64,000 bases of DNA from Thermoanaerobaculia bacterium (GCA_963664405.1 OY761158.1:2592001-2656000), one strand, 5' to 3'. Shown: positions 41,033 through 52,910, counted from the stretch's first letter. Numbers and translations are program-made. Notes: generated by a model from the sequence alone, not told the origin.

Positions 41033-42519
41033 ATGATCACCGGCGAACTCAAATCCAAAGTGGACAACATCTGGAACACGATGTGGTCTGTGGCGGCATC
41101 TCGAATCCGCTCTCGGTCATCGAGCAGCTCACCTACCTGCTCTTCATCAAGCGGCTCGACGAACTACACACCCTGAAGGAGCGCAAGGCCGCCCGCACCG
41201 GCAAGCCCATCGAGGATCCGATCTTCACCGCCAAGCAGGACAAGCTCCGCTGGTCACGCTTTAGAGAGGCCGCGCCGGAGCAGATGTTTGAGACGGTGCG
41301 CGACGGAGTGTTCTCCTTCATCAAGACGCTCGGGCAGAAGGGGGAGGCGGACGGCGAGGGGGGCTCGACGTACAGCCACCATATGAAGGATGCCCTCTTC
41401 ATGATGCCCACGGCCCGTGTGCTGGCCAACGTCGTCGACCAACTCGACGGCATTGATATGGCCGACAGCGACACCAAGGGCGACCTCTACGAGTACATGC
41501 TCGGCAAGATTGCCACCGCCGGACAGAACGGTCAGTTCCGCACACCGCGCCACATCATCCGTCTGATGGTGGACATGACCGCCCCGACGCCCAAGGACGT
41601 GATCTGCGACCCGGCCTGCGGCACGGCGGGCTTCCTCGTTGCCGCGTCTGAGCACCTAGTGGAGCACCACAGCGACACCATCTACAAGAACGCTACGGCG
41701 CGCCGCCACTTCAACGAGGACACGTTCCACGGCTACGACTTCGACAACACCATGCTGCGCATCGGCAGCATGAACATGCTGCTGCACGGGGTGGAGAATC
41801 CAGACATTTGCTACAAGGAATCGTTGGCCCAGACCGACGATGATGACGCGGAGAAGTACTCGCTGGTCCTCGCCAATCCGCCGTTTGCGGGAAGCCTCGA
41901 CTACGAGTCCACCGCCAAGGATCTTCAGCAGATCGTCAAGACGAAGAAGACCGAGTTGCTGTTCCTCACGCTCTTCCTCCGCCTGCTCCAGACAGGAGGA
42001 CGCGCCGCCGTCATCGTGCCCGACGGCGTACTCTTCGGGTCGAGCAAGGCGCACAGGACCCTGCGCACGATCTTAGTCGAGGAGCAGAAGCTCGACGCCA
42101 TCGTCTCCATGCCCTCTGGCGTCTTCAAACCCTACGCCGGGGTCTCCACCGCCATCCTGCTCTTCACCAAGACCAACTCCGGCGGTACGGACCACGTCTG
42201 GTTCTACAACATGCAGGCGGACGGCTACTCGCTGGATGACAAGCGCACGCCGCAGCCGGAGAAGAGCGACCTTGCCGACATTCTCGCCCGCTGGCAGAAC
42301 CGCGAGGCGGAGCGCAAGCGGCAGCGGACGGACCAGAGTTTCCTCGTGCCCAAGGCCGAGATCGCGGGCAACGACTACGACCTGTCCATCAACCGCTACA
42401 AGGAGCTGGAGTACGAGGCAGTGGAGTACGACCCGCCGATGGTGATCATGGAACGGCTGGCTGAGCTGGAAGAGGAGATCACGAAGGAGCGTACGGAGTT
42501 GGAGAGGTTGCTGGGATGA
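41033..42519 (+). pseudogene. hsdM: Type I RM methyltransferase, +2 frameshift near 41090
   Basis: MITGELKSKVDNIWNTMWS then GGISNPL in another frame; GQFRTPRHI, DPACGTAGFL, ANPPF. Confidence 0.88.
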
Positions 42520-45383
42520 AACTTTGCGCCTCATCCCAATTCCCCTTCGTATGCCTTGGGGATTGCGGAGAAGTTGTTACTGGCTCAACTCCGCCAAAGG
42601 CCAACTCCGATTTGTGGGGGGGCGAGATCCCTTTCGTTACCCCCGCTCAACTTGGTTTCCAACCGCCAATCACGACCGCCGATGAGTATGTTACGAGTGA
42701 GGGTGCAGATCGCGGAAGACTTCTTCCCGAGGGCGCGGTGCTCGTTTGCTGCATTGGATCACTCGGAAAAACAGGCACTGCTGGAGTTCCGCTCATAAGC
42801 AACCAGCAAATCAACGCAATCATCTTTGATCCAATTCAGGTGGATGCACGATACGGCTACCATGCCGCTCGCAGTTTAACTCCTCTACTTGAGCATTTTG
42901 CGCCGTCAACCACCGTTAAAATTGTCAAAAAAAGCGCCTTTGCAGAATTCCAAATCCCCCTCCCGCCCCTCGCCGAGCAGAAGCGGATTGCGGGGATTCT
43001 GGATGCGGCGGACGCCTTGCGGGCCAAGCGCCGCGAGGCCATCGCCCAGCTCGACACCCTCCTCCAATCCACCTTCCTCGACATGTTCGGCGACCCCGTC
43101 ACCAACCCGAAGGGGTGGGAGGTTAAGCCGCTGAACGAACTGTTGGGGGAGAAGTTCACCAACGGTGCCTATTACCCAAAGGACGCGTATTCAAGTGTCG
43201 GAACCCGAATGGTTCACATGGCCAATGCGTTCTATGGCGTGGTGAATCCGAATGAAGTCAAGCGAGTTGATGCTCCGCTTGCTGACATAGAAAAGTATGG
43301 CCTCCTACCTACGGATATCTTGGTCTCTCGCCGTTCCCTTAACTACGAAGGGTCAGCGAAACCCTGCCTGATACCAGAAACAGATGAACCGTTGATATTC
43401 GAGTCTTCGCTGATCCGTGTGCGGCCAGACCCCTCTCTGCCAAGATGCTTGAGACATCTCGCCACCCCTTAAATAGAGTAGGGCGGAGAGGTGAAACCTG
43501 ATGTCTGAAGAGAGGAAGATGCAAGAGATGAGATCAGCAGGCACGTCCATTGCGGTCCGGGGCGAGGAGGAGGTTTCCCAGCTTCCCCCGTGCGCCCAGC
43601 TGGGGTCCGCGGAGGCGCCGACGGGCGAGCGTAGCGAGCACGGAGACGCAGCAGCGTGCGCCATCTGGGCGCGGCCGAGCCCTGTGTTGGATCCTGAGGT
43701 GGTCGCCAAGCCAACGCGGCGAACCTTCACGGCCGAGTACAAGCTGCGAATCCTCGAGGAAGTCGAAGTGGCCACGCCTGGCGACATCGGCGCGATCCTG
43801 CGTCGCGAGGGATTGTACAGCTCCCACCTGACGGCCTGGCGCAGGGCACGCAGGACCGGCGCTCTGCGAAGGCTGGGCCGAAGGCGAGGGCGCAAGGCGA
43901 AGTCCGGCAATCCGCTGGCCAAGAAGGTCGAGCAACTGGAAAAGGAGCTATCCCGTACTCGCGAGGCGCTGCGCAAGGCAGAGCTGATCCTCGAAGTGCA
44001 GGGAAAAGTTGCCGGGCTGCTGGGCTTCAACCTCGAGGACGGGAGGAGCTCCTGATGGCCGCAGCCGAATTGGCGCTGCAGGTCGGCGTCAAGCCGTCCT
44101 GTGTCGCTCTCGGCGTGGCACGGGCGACCCTGTACCGTCGTCGGAAGCCATCTACCGGGCCGCAGCCCCGGCCAACACCTGCCCGGGCTCTGAGCGAGGA
44201 CGAGCGCCAAGCCGTCCTGGGCGTCCTGGACTCGCCTCGCTTTGTCGACCGTGCCCCCGCCGAGGTCGTCGCCACGCTCCTGGACGAGCAACGCTACCTC
44301 TGCTCGGAGAGGACCATGTACCGCATCCTCGCTGCGCGAGCGCCGGTGCGCGAACGGCGTAACCAGCTTCGCCACCCCGACTACACCAAGCCGGAGCTGG
44401 TGGCGGCCGCCCCCAACCAAGTCTGGTCCTGGGATATCACCCGATTGCGGGGTCCTGAGAAGTGGAGCTACTACTACCTCTACGTCCTGCTCGACATCTT
44501 CAGCCGCTACGTCGTCGGCTGGATGCTCGCGCCCCGCGAGAACGCCAATCTCGCCGGTCGCCTCATCGAGGAGACCTGCTGCAAGCACGACGTCAAACCT
44601 GAGGTGCTCACCCTGCACAGCGATCGGGGCTCCCCGATGACCGCCAAGTGCACGGCTCAGCTGCTCGCCGATCTGGGACTCACTCAGTCGCTCAGCCGGC
44701 CCCAGGTCTGTGACGACAACCCCTTTTCCGAGGCCCAGTTCAAGACCCTCAAGTACCACCCGAGCTTCCCCTCCCATTCGCCAGCCAGGAGGCCGCCCAG
44801 GCTTTCTGCAGGACCTTCTTCCCTTGGTACAACACCGAGCACCGCCACGGTGGGATCGCCCACCTGACGCCGCACGGCGTCCACCACGGTCGAGCGGAGC
44901 AGGTCCTTGCCGCACGGCAAGTCGCGCTCGATGGCGCCTTCCAAACTCACCCAGAACGCTTCCTCCGAGGGCGACCCATCGTCGCGCCTTTACCTGGAAC
45001 CGTTTATATCAACCGGCCTGAGGATCCGCCGGCCTCGACCGAAGAGGACCTTCACTAATTTATGACTCAAGGTGTCTCAAAGTTCTTGACAGGTTCCGGA
45101 CCGGGAGAGAGTTCTAACGATCTACCTCTTTCACTATCTTTTGAACGACCGGGCTCGAGCGAAGTATGTATTCCCGCTAGTGACTCGTTCTACGATTTCG
45201 GGAATCAGTCAGTCGAACCTAATGAAGGTGAAGATCGTGCTGCCTCCCCTCGACCTCCAACACCGCTTCGCCGCGATCGTCGAATCCGTCGAGCAACAGA
45301 AGGCCAGCCAGCGCGCCCACCTGGACGAACTCGACACCCTGTTCGCCTCTCTACAATCCCGCGCCTTCCGTGGGGACCTCTGA
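42516..45383 (+). pseudogene. hsdS: Type I RM specificity subunit interrupted by IS3
   Basis: PLPPLAEQKRIA, DMFGDPVTNPKGW; frame resumes at 45099 to LPPLDLQHRFA...AFRGDL. Confidence 0.92.
43431..45098 (+). mobile_element. IS3-family element (orfA 43501-44055; orfB 44055-45058, frameshift near 44777)
   Basis: RRTFTAEYKL, LRREGLYSS, WSWDIT, HSDRG, DDNPFSEAQFKTLKY; GAC duplicated at 43428 and 45099. Confidence 0.92.
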
Positions 45384-45388
45384 GCCCC

Positions 45389-48300
45389 ATGGAAATCTCA
45401 GCAAACTTCGCGTTCCTGGAGCAGGAGTTTCCACATGCGGCGGAGAGCGGGAGCTATGCCGAGCGGCACGTCTACGGTGACCCCCGAGCCTCGTGCTTCC
45501 ATGCCCGGCACGCGCTGGAGCGTCTGGTCATGCGTGTCTACAAGGTCGACAAGACCTTGAGTCCGCCGAAGATCACGAACCTGGACGGCTACCTCAATGA
45601 GACTGCCTTCCGCGACCTCGTGCCCGAGGTCATCTGGCAGAAGGCCGAGTACATCCGGCAAGCGGGCAACGTGGCGGTACACGGAAAGAAGATGCCCAAG
45701 CCGGAGACTGCGCTGGACATCGTGCGGGAGCTTTCGCACGTCTTCTACTGGGCGGGCCGCACGTACCTGCGGAAGGGGGCGGAAAGCCTGGCCGGGAAGA
45801 CCTTCGACGAATCACTCGTCCCGAAAGTGGAACCGGCAGCTGTGCCGGCCAGCGTCGAGGAACTGGACGCTCTGAAGGCGGAGCGGGACGCTGCCGAGGA
45901 GGCTCACAAGGAGCTAGAGAGGGAGCTGGAGGCATTGCGTGTACGGCTCGCGGCGATCAAGGCGGAGAACGAAGCGGTCCCCGAGGCCCACGACTGGAAC
46001 GAGGACAAGACTCGACGGCTGCTCATCGATCTCGCGTTGAACCGAGCGGGTTGGTCGCTTGGTGGGCCACACGACCGGGAATACAAGGTCACGGGGATGC
46101 CCAATGCGCAGGGCGTGGGCTATGCCGACTATGTCCTGTGGGGAGACGACGGCAAGCCGCTGGCGGTGGTGGAGGCGAAGAAGACCACCGTCGACCCGGC
46201 GGTGGGCCAGCAACAGGCGAAACTCTACGCCGACTGCCTGGAGGCGATGCACGGCCAGCGTCCGGTCATCTTCTACACCAACGGCTACCAGACATGGCTG
46301 TGGGACGACCTCGCCTACCCGCCGCGGACCGTCGCGGGGTTCTATAAGAAGGACGATCTGGCGTCCCTGATCATCCGCCGAGCCCAGCGCGCCCCGCTCG
46401 ATGTGTCGCAGGTGAAGGACGACATCGTCGAGCGTTACTACCAGAAACGGGCCATCGGCAGCATCGGCGAGCAGTTCGCGCAGACGCGACGCAAGGCGCT
46501 GCTGGTGATGGCCACCGGCAGCGGCAAGACACGCACGGCGATCGCCCTGGTGGACCTGCTGCAACGGGCGGGCTGGGTGAAGCGGGCGTTGTTTCTGGCC
46601 GATCGGGTGTCGTTGGTCAACCAGGCGGTGAGTGCCTTCAAGGCGCACCTGCCGGAATCGAGCCCGGTGAACCTGGTGACCGAAAAGGACAAGGCGGGCC
46701 GTGTCTACGTCTCCACCTATCCGACGATGATGGGACTGATTAACGAGACGAAGGGCAACGAGGCGCGCTTCAGCGTCGGGCACTTCGATCTCGTCATCAT
46801 CGACGAGGCGCACCGCTCGGTCTACCAGAAGTACGGCGCGATCTTCCGGTATTTCGATTCGCTCTTGGTCGGCCTGACCGCGACGCCTAGCGAGTACGTC
46901 GACCGCAACACCTACACCCTCTTCGACCTGAAGCCGGGCGTGCCGACCGACGCCTACGAGCTAGAAACTGCGGTGGCGGACGGCTTCCTCGTGCCGCCGC
47001 GAGCGGAGCAGGTGGACCTCAAGTTCCCCCGCGAGGGTATCGACTACGATTCGCTCAGCGACGAGGAGAAGGAAGAGTGGGAGAGCCTCGACTGGGGCGA
47101 TGACGTCGACGAGAACGGCCTTCCCGAAAGGGTCAACGCCTCCGCCATCAACAGCTGGCTTTTCAACAAGGACACCGTCGACAAGGTGCTCCAGCACCTG
47201 ATGGAGCACGGCCACAAGGTCGAAGGCGGCGACCGGCTGGCCAAGACGATTCTCTTCGCCCGCAACCACGAGCACGCGAAGTTCATCGAGGAGCGCTTCA
47301 ATCACCATTACCCACACCACAAGGGACACTTTGCGCGGATCATCGACCACTACGCCAAGTATCCGCAGAGCTTGCTCGACGACTTCTCGCAGAAGGACAA
47401 GGTGCCGCACATAGCGATCTCGGTGGACATGCTCGATACCGGCATCGACGTACCCGAGGTGGCGAACCTGGTCTTCTTCAAGCCCGTCTACTCGAAGATC
47501 AAGTTCTGGCAGATGATCGGACGAGGCACGCGTCTGTGCCCGGCGCTGTTCGGGCCCGACGACGACAAGCGGGACTTCCGTATTTTCGACTTCTGCTTCA
47601 ACTTCGACTTCTTCCATGAGAATCCCGACGGCAGGGAGAGCCGCGTTGTTGTCCCGCTCGGCACACGGCTCTTTCGGTACCGGCTGCAGCTTCTGGACCA
47701 TGTTCATAGGACGCCGGACCTGGCCCCGGATGCCAAGCTCGCGGGGTCCCTGAGCACGGAGCTTCATCGGGAAGTGGCGGCGATGAACCGCGAAAACTTC
47801 ATCGTCAGGATGCACCTGGAGGCAGTGGACCGCTTCCGGGAGCGCAAAGCATGGGAACAGCTCAGCGAGGCTGACCGTAAGGCCCTGCACCGTGAGGTCG
47901 CGGGCCTGCCCAGCGAGATCGAGAACGATGACATCGAGTCGCGAATGTTCGATCTCACAGCTCTCCGCATGCAGCTTGCCCTGGCCGAGGGCGACCTGGC
48001 CGTCGTCGAGGCTTACCGGCAGCGGATGGTCGAGATCGCCATGCTGCTGGAGGAGAAGACCACGATCCCTGCAGTGAAGGCCCAGCTCGCGTACCTGGCC
48101 TCCATCCAGGAGAGCGGCTTCTGGGAGGAGATCGACCTCGACGGTCTCGAAGATCTGCGCCTGCGGCTACGTGGGCTGGTGCGTTTCCTCGACAAGAAAA
48201 AGCGCAAGGTCGTCTACACAGATTTCCAGGACGAGGTCCTGGGCAGGCGTGATGAAGCGTTTGTCTCCATGCCGAAAATGACCGGCGCGCTGTATGAGAA

Positions 48301-48802
48301 GAAGGTCAAGAGCTACCTCGACAACCATCTCAACCACATCGTGATCCACCGGCTTCGGACCAACCGGCCGCTCACCAGCGCCGACCTGAAGGGGCTGGAG
48401 TCGACTCTGGTCGAGATCGGTGAAGGGGATGGGAAGATGCTCCTCTCCGGCTTGCTGGCCCGTAGCGAGGCCCCTTCGTTGGCCCACTTCGTGCGCAGCC
48501 TGGTGGGCATGGACCGGTCCGCCGCGCAGTCGGCGTTCTCCGAGTTCTTGAACGATCGGAGTCTCACTGTCCCACAGATCCGCTTCGTCGAGATGGTGAT
48601 AGACCAGCTCACGGCCCGAGGCGTAATGGAGGCATCGGCTCTCTACGAACCGCCCTTCACCAACCTGCACGCCGGGGGGCCGGAGGCGTTGTTTGGCGGA
48701 AAGAAAAACGTGATCGAAGGGATTTTCGACACACTGAAGGCGGTCCAGTCGGGGTTGATGGTGAAGGCAGGGTCAACGCCAGGAAGAGTCGCCCTGCTGT
48801 GA
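45389..48802 (+). CDS. hsdR: Type I RM restriction subunit (EcoEI-like)
   Basis: ADYVL..VVEAKK nuclease motif, MATGSGKT, DEAH, TAT, QMIGRGTR. Confidence 0.93.
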   Translation: MEISANFAFLEQEFPHAAESGSYAERHVYGDPRASCFHARHALERLVMRVYKVDKTLSPPKITNLDGYLNETAFRDLVPEVIWQKAEYIRQAGNVAVHGKKMPKPETALDIVRELSHVFYWAGRTYLRKGAESLAGKTFDESLVPKVEPAAVPASVEELDALKAERDAAEEAHKELERELEALRVRLAAIKAENEAVPEAHDWNEDKTRRLLIDLALNRAGWSLGGPHDREYKVTGMPNAQGVGYADYVLWGDDGKPLAVVEAKKTTVDPAVGQQQAKLYADCLEAMHGQRPVIFYTNGYQTWLWDDLAYPPRTVAGFYKKDDLASLIIRRAQRAPLDVSQVKDDIVERYYQKRAIGSIGEQFAQTRRKALLVMATGSGKTRTAIALVDLLQRAGWVKRALFLADRVSLVNQAVSAFKAHLPESSPVNLVTEKDKAGRVYVSTYPTMMGLINETKGNEARFSVGHFDLVIIDEAHRSVYQKYGAIFRYFDSLLVGLTATPSEYVDRNTYTLFDLKPGVPTDAYELETAVADGFLVPPRAEQVDLKFPREGIDYDSLSDEEKEEWESLDWGDDVDENGLPERVNASAINSWLFNKDTVDKVLQHLMEHGHKVEGGDRLAKTILFARNHEHAKFIEERFNHHYPHHKGHFARIIDHYAKYPQSLLDDFSQKDKVPHIAISVDMLDTGIDVPEVANLVFFKPVYSKIKFWQMIGRGTRLCPALFGPDDDKRDFRIFDFCFNFDFFHENPDGRESRVVVPLGTRLFRYRLQLLDHVHRTPDLAPDAKLAGSLSTELHREVAAMNRENFIVRMHLEAVDRFRERKAWEQLSEADRKALHREVAGLPSEIENDDIESRMFDLTALRMQLALAEGDLAVVEAYRQRMVEIAMLLEEKTTIPAVKAQLAYLASIQESGFWEEIDLDGLEDLRLRLRGLVRFLDKKKRKVVYTDFQDEVLGRRDEAFVSMPKMTGALYEKKVKSYLDNHLNHIVIHRLRTNRPLTSADLKGLESTLVEIGEGDGKMLLSGLLARSEAPSLAHFVRSLVGMDRSAAQSAFSEFLNDRSLTVPQIRFVEMVIDQLTARGVMEASALYEPPFTNLHAGGPEALFGGKKNVIEGIFDTLKAVQSGLMVKAGSTPGRVALL

Positions 48803-49022
48803 ACCCGCTGACCCGCGCACGCTCGTCCAGATTGGCCCTTGCCGACGATGCCAGGGTAGCGCCCAGAATCGTGCGAATTTATACGCTAAGAGGTTTCGAG
48901 TCGGTGCTTGCTGGATCGGTGCAGGTATCGACCGGTACGAAGACGAGCTTGAGTTTCCAAGATGGACCACAGGCAAAGAAGGCCCGTGGGGTCACCGAGC
49001 CGCAAAAGCTTACAAAAGCTAA

Positions 49023-49590
49023 CCCCAATTCGCGAATAAATCAGGCGGCTCGGAGGGCTTTAGCGACTCTTTGGAAGTCTTGTTGAGCGGCGGCTGAAGT
49101 GCCGAGGTCGAGGGTGATTCGGCCAGCAGGGTGAAGGAGGACGCCGGCTCGGCCGAGGAGTTTGAATCGCAGGGTGTGGATGGTTTCGAAGCGATGCAGG
49201 GTTCTCCGTTTGCGACTCCGTGATCGGGGTTGCGGACGTGCCGCGACCTGAAAGGACCGGGTGAGGTTGAAAGCGAGCACGCTGAGGATCTGCCAAGCGG
49301 CGTTGGCACCGGCTTTCAGGCTCGGGACACAGTTGAAAGCGAAGCCGTTGCGCAGCTCGGCGTACGCCTTCTCGTGCGTTCCCCGACCGTTGAGGAAGTG
49401 CCAGAGATTCAGGCCGTTGAGGGACTTGTTGGTGGTGATCGCCGAGTACTCGTAGTGGCCGTCGTCGGGATCGACCAGGTCCAGCTGGAAGTTCTTGCGG
49501 GTCTCGTAGGCCACTCGCTTGCGGTACAGCACGATGCGGCGTAGCTGATTCCAGGGAGCAACCCGTGTGCGGGTCTCGCAGTAGCTCACC
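49023..49590 (-). mobile_element. IS1380-family 3' remnant
   Basis: GRGTHEKAYAELRNG, ANAAW...LAFNL, TLRFKLL; probable end CCCCAATTCGCGAA. Confidence 0.75.
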
Positions 49591-49768
49591 GAAGACTTGC
49601 CGGGCTCTCTGCTCCTGGTCTTTGGTCAATTGTCGTTGGCAGGCGAGAGGGTGCTGGCGGTGCTTCGCGCCCTATCGACCGGGCCCTCGGTGCAAGCTGT
49701 GTGAGGGTCGCCGAAAACCCGCAAAAGATGCGTCTCGACTCTCCGAGAAGCGGGCCTGTTATCGGCGG

Positions 49769-50122
49769 TCATAAAGTGCGGGATTCCGGCTGTGTAGTGG
49801 CGCTTTTGGTTTCATCCTCCTCGAGAAGGGACCGGTGCCGAAGGAGGATGTAGCGGACGTATTGAGGGTCGAGCTCGTCGTTGGTCAGGGCTCGATGTAC
49901 GGAGCGGTAGTAGGCAAGTGAGTGAATCTGCGGCAGCGGATCGGTGCTGAGGCGCCGTCGCAAGGTGGCGAGTCGAATGGCATGGGCAAGCTCTTCGAGG
50001 GGGACGTTGGCTTGATAGAGCTTGTCGGCGATGGCCCAGTCTCGGCGCCGAGGTCTAGGCGGGGTTTTAGGAGCGTCGAGGTAGAGGCGGATGAGCTCGG
50101 CGCGATACTCCTGTCGGATCAC
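49769..50122 (-). CDS. Element A fourth ORF (helical, unknown function)
   Basis: GTGA overlap with istB; homologous to 57793-58149 (IHSLAYY vs IRSLAYF). Confidence 0.75.
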   Translation of the reverse strand: MIRQEYRAELIRLYLDAPKTPPRPRRRDWAIADKLYQANVPLEELAHAIRLATLRRRLSTDPLPQIHSLAYYRSVHRALTNDELDPQYVRYILLRHRSLLEEDETKSATTQPESRTL

Positions 50123-50892
50123 GAGGTCTTCGCACTGCGCCGTCGAGGGCGAGTGCCGCTTCGGCGGGCCGAAGCGCGCTTCTTGGCGTGCTCCTTGGAC
50201 TCCTTGAGCCGATAGGAATCGCCCTCGATGTTGACGAGCTCGCAGCGATGGACGAGGCGATCGACGATGGTGACGACGGTAGTAGCGTTGGGGAAGACCT
50301 CTCCCCATTCTCCAAAGGACTTGTTTGTGGTGATGAGAAGGGACTTATTTTCGTACCTGCGGGAAACGACCTCGAAAAGTAGATCGGCGTGGCGCGTGTC
50401 GTAGGACAGATATCCGAGCTCGTCAATGCAGAGCAGGGATGGGCGCGCAAAGAGCGCGAGCTTGCGCTGAAGGCTGGTCGAGGAGTCTTGTTCGGCGAGG
50501 GTGTTGAGCAGCTCCGAGGCGGTGAGGAATCGGGCGGTGGCTCCACGTAGTACGGCTTGATGGGCGAGATTCTTGGCAATGAGCGTCTTGCCGATGCCGT
50601 TTGGCCCTATCAAGACAGCGTTGTGCCCTCGGGCGAGCCACTCGAGCCGAAAGAGATCTTCGATCTGCTCGCGGTCGATCTTCTTGGGCCAATTCCAGTC
50701 GAAGTCGGCCAGCGGCTTGAAGGTGCCGAGCCGGGCCCGACCCAGGCGTCGCTCCAGTCCGCGACGGGCTCGCTCCTGCTCTTCCCAGTCGAGCAGGTCG
50801 GGGAGCCAGGGTTGGTTGGCGACCTCATCCCAGTGGGCTAGGAGGCCATGGAGTTTCAGGGCTGTGGCACGCTCTTGGTCGGTGTTGTTCAT
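50119..50892 (-). CDS. istB: IstB-like AAA+ ATPase
   Basis: DFDWNWP, GPNGIGKT, IDELGYL, ITTN, DRLVH, GDSYR. Confidence 0.92.
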   Translation of the reverse strand: MNNTDQERATALKLHGLLAHWDEVANQPWLPDLLDWEEQERARRGLERRLGRARLGTFKPLADFDWNWPKKIDREQIEDLFRLEWLARGHNAVLIGPNGIGKTLIAKNLAHQAVLRGATARFLTASELLNTLAEQDSSTSLQRKLALFARPSLLCIDELGYLSYDTRHADLLFEVVSRRYENKSLLITTNKSFGEWGEVFPNATTVVTIVDRLVHRCELVNIEGDSYRLKESKEHAKKRASARRSGTRPRRRSAKTS

Positions 50893-51061
50893 TCGTCGTC
50901 CTCCTCGTCGTTGGGGTTGTCGTAGTCGGCCAGTGCATGGGGAGTGACCGTGAGCTCCCGGATCCTGGGATCGTCGGGGAGCTGGACAGGCAGCGCGGGT
51001 AGGAGTCCCCGCTCGTGGCGCCGACGATCGAGGATGAGTCGCACCGCTTCGGGATGCGGGG

Positions 51062-52910
51062 TGAGAGTGAGCACGATAATCGATGGGAATGTTGGCCATT
51101 CTGAGCACGGTAGGTGAGGGAAGGGTGTTTGGTCCCTCAAGTAGTGTGCTCAAGACTAGGTCCGTCGGCATCATCCCCGCCGAAGGCGGGCCGTCGGGGA
51201 TCCGTCCCGAATGCTGTGGAAATTGAGAATGGCGTAACCTCCTAGTGGTCAAACACATCGCCGGTTAGGGCGAACGGAGGATTACGCCATGGTGGAGAAT
51301 ATCAACGAGGAAGGGGAAGCTGCACGCTTCCGTCAGGACATTCGTTCGTTGTTACGCGAGCGTGTTCGTGCGGCGATCGAGATCACACTCGAGGAAGAGC
51401 TGTCCGAGGCGCTGGGCTGCAGCGCCTACGAGCGTTCAGGCGAGCGTGCGGGCTATCGCAACGGCAAGCAGCGTCGTCTGATCACGACGGCGTGTGGGTC
51501 GAAGGAACTGGACATTCCACGAGGACGGCTAGTCGGCGAGGATGGGGCCAGCGTAGAGTTTCGCAGTGCGATCGTGCCGCGTTACGCTCGTCGTACGCAG
51601 GAGGTCGATGACGCGATCCTGGGTGCGTATCTGGCTGGCGCTAACAGCCGCCGGATCAAGAAGGCATTGGCTCCGCTGCTGGGTGAGGAGCACCTGTCCA
51701 AGAGCGCAGTTTCGCGTGTGGTGTCTCGGCTGAAGGAGCTTTTTGCTCGCTGGAGTGAGCGCGATCTGTCGGAGGAGTCCTACGTGCTTCTGTTTCTCGA
51801 TGGCTTTCACCTGAAGGTCCGCTTGGCCCGTCGAGTGGTCTCGGTACCGGTGCTGGTGGTGCTGGGTGTGACTCCGGACGGCACCAAGGTGCTGGTGGCC
51901 TTACGTTTAGCCGCGAGCGAGGCCGCCGAGCACTGGAAGTGGCTGATCGAGGATCTGAAGGCCCGAGGTCTTCAGGCTCCGCGCTACCTGGTCACGGATG
52001 GCCACAAAGGGCTGGCCGCGGCGCTGAAGGCTTGGCCTGAGGTCAAAGTCCAGCGCTGCGTCCAACACAAGTGGGAGAATCTGAAGAAACACTGCCCGGT
52101 GCACGCACACGACGAGCTGCGGCGTGACTGGCACTCGATCGTACGAGCCGAGGACGCGGCACAGGCCCGCAAGGCCTACGCGGCGTTCGTCACCAAGTGG
52201 TCGCGACTAGTCCCGGCGGTGGCTCGCAGCCTTGAGGAGGCAGGGTTCCAGCTACTGACCTTCTACGAGCTCCCCAAATCGCTGTGGAGTTCGGTGCGCA
52301 CGACCAACGCTCTGGAGAACCTGAACCGCGAGTTTCGTCGCCGCACTAAAACCCAGGGCTCCTTTGCCACCGAGGCTGCCGGCGTCACGCTCCTCTGGGG
52401 GCTCGTCGCCTTCGGGCAGATACACCTGCGAAGGATTAACGGCTACCGGGCGCTTCAGCTCCTGCTCGAGGTTGAGAGGGCCGCGTAAACGGTAGGATTT
52501 AGCAAAAGACGACTCGGAGGACTACGCCTGAACCCATTTCCACAAAAAACGGGACACATCCGCCGTCGGGGCCTGACGCGCAGTCCATACTTGTTCTTTC
52601 GCTGATCACGCTGAACGAGGGCTGACACGCAGCGATGGGATGAACGGCACGCTATCTGATGGGCGATCGAGGCGGTTCGCCGAGCTTCCATCGCGCTTGG
52701 GCCCCTGGTTGCGCCCTCAGATACCTTGAACGGAACACCCATTCCCACCAGACAACGTGATCGGGTTTCCTCGAATCGCCATCAAATACTGTGAACAAGA
52801 CCGTCTGAGGCAAGTGGCAGCGAAACGCAGCTTCGGCTAAGTCCTTCAAAAGGCTACGCGACCATCACTTATCGTGATCGGACCGCCATCGATTATCGTG
52901 CTCACTCTCA
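51062..52910. mobile_element. Non-autonomous TG...CA element (477 bp once IS256 is removed)
   Basis: Perfect 25-bp IR TGAGAGTGAGCACGATAATCGATGG; 5-bp duplication CGGGG (51057-51061, 52911-52915); second imperfect end repeat at 52862-52879. Confidence 0.9.
51198..52561 (+). mobile_element. IS256-family element (transposase 51289-52488)
   Basis: YRNG, LFLDG, VTDGHKGL, QRCVQH, RTTNALENLNREFRRR; imperfect IRs; 8-bp duplication GCCGTCGG. Confidence 0.95.

Noticed and set aside
45062-45388. N-terminal extension of HsdR in the ORF track
   Set aside because: Overlaps the IS3 end and hsdS 3' part; the likely start is ATG 45389.
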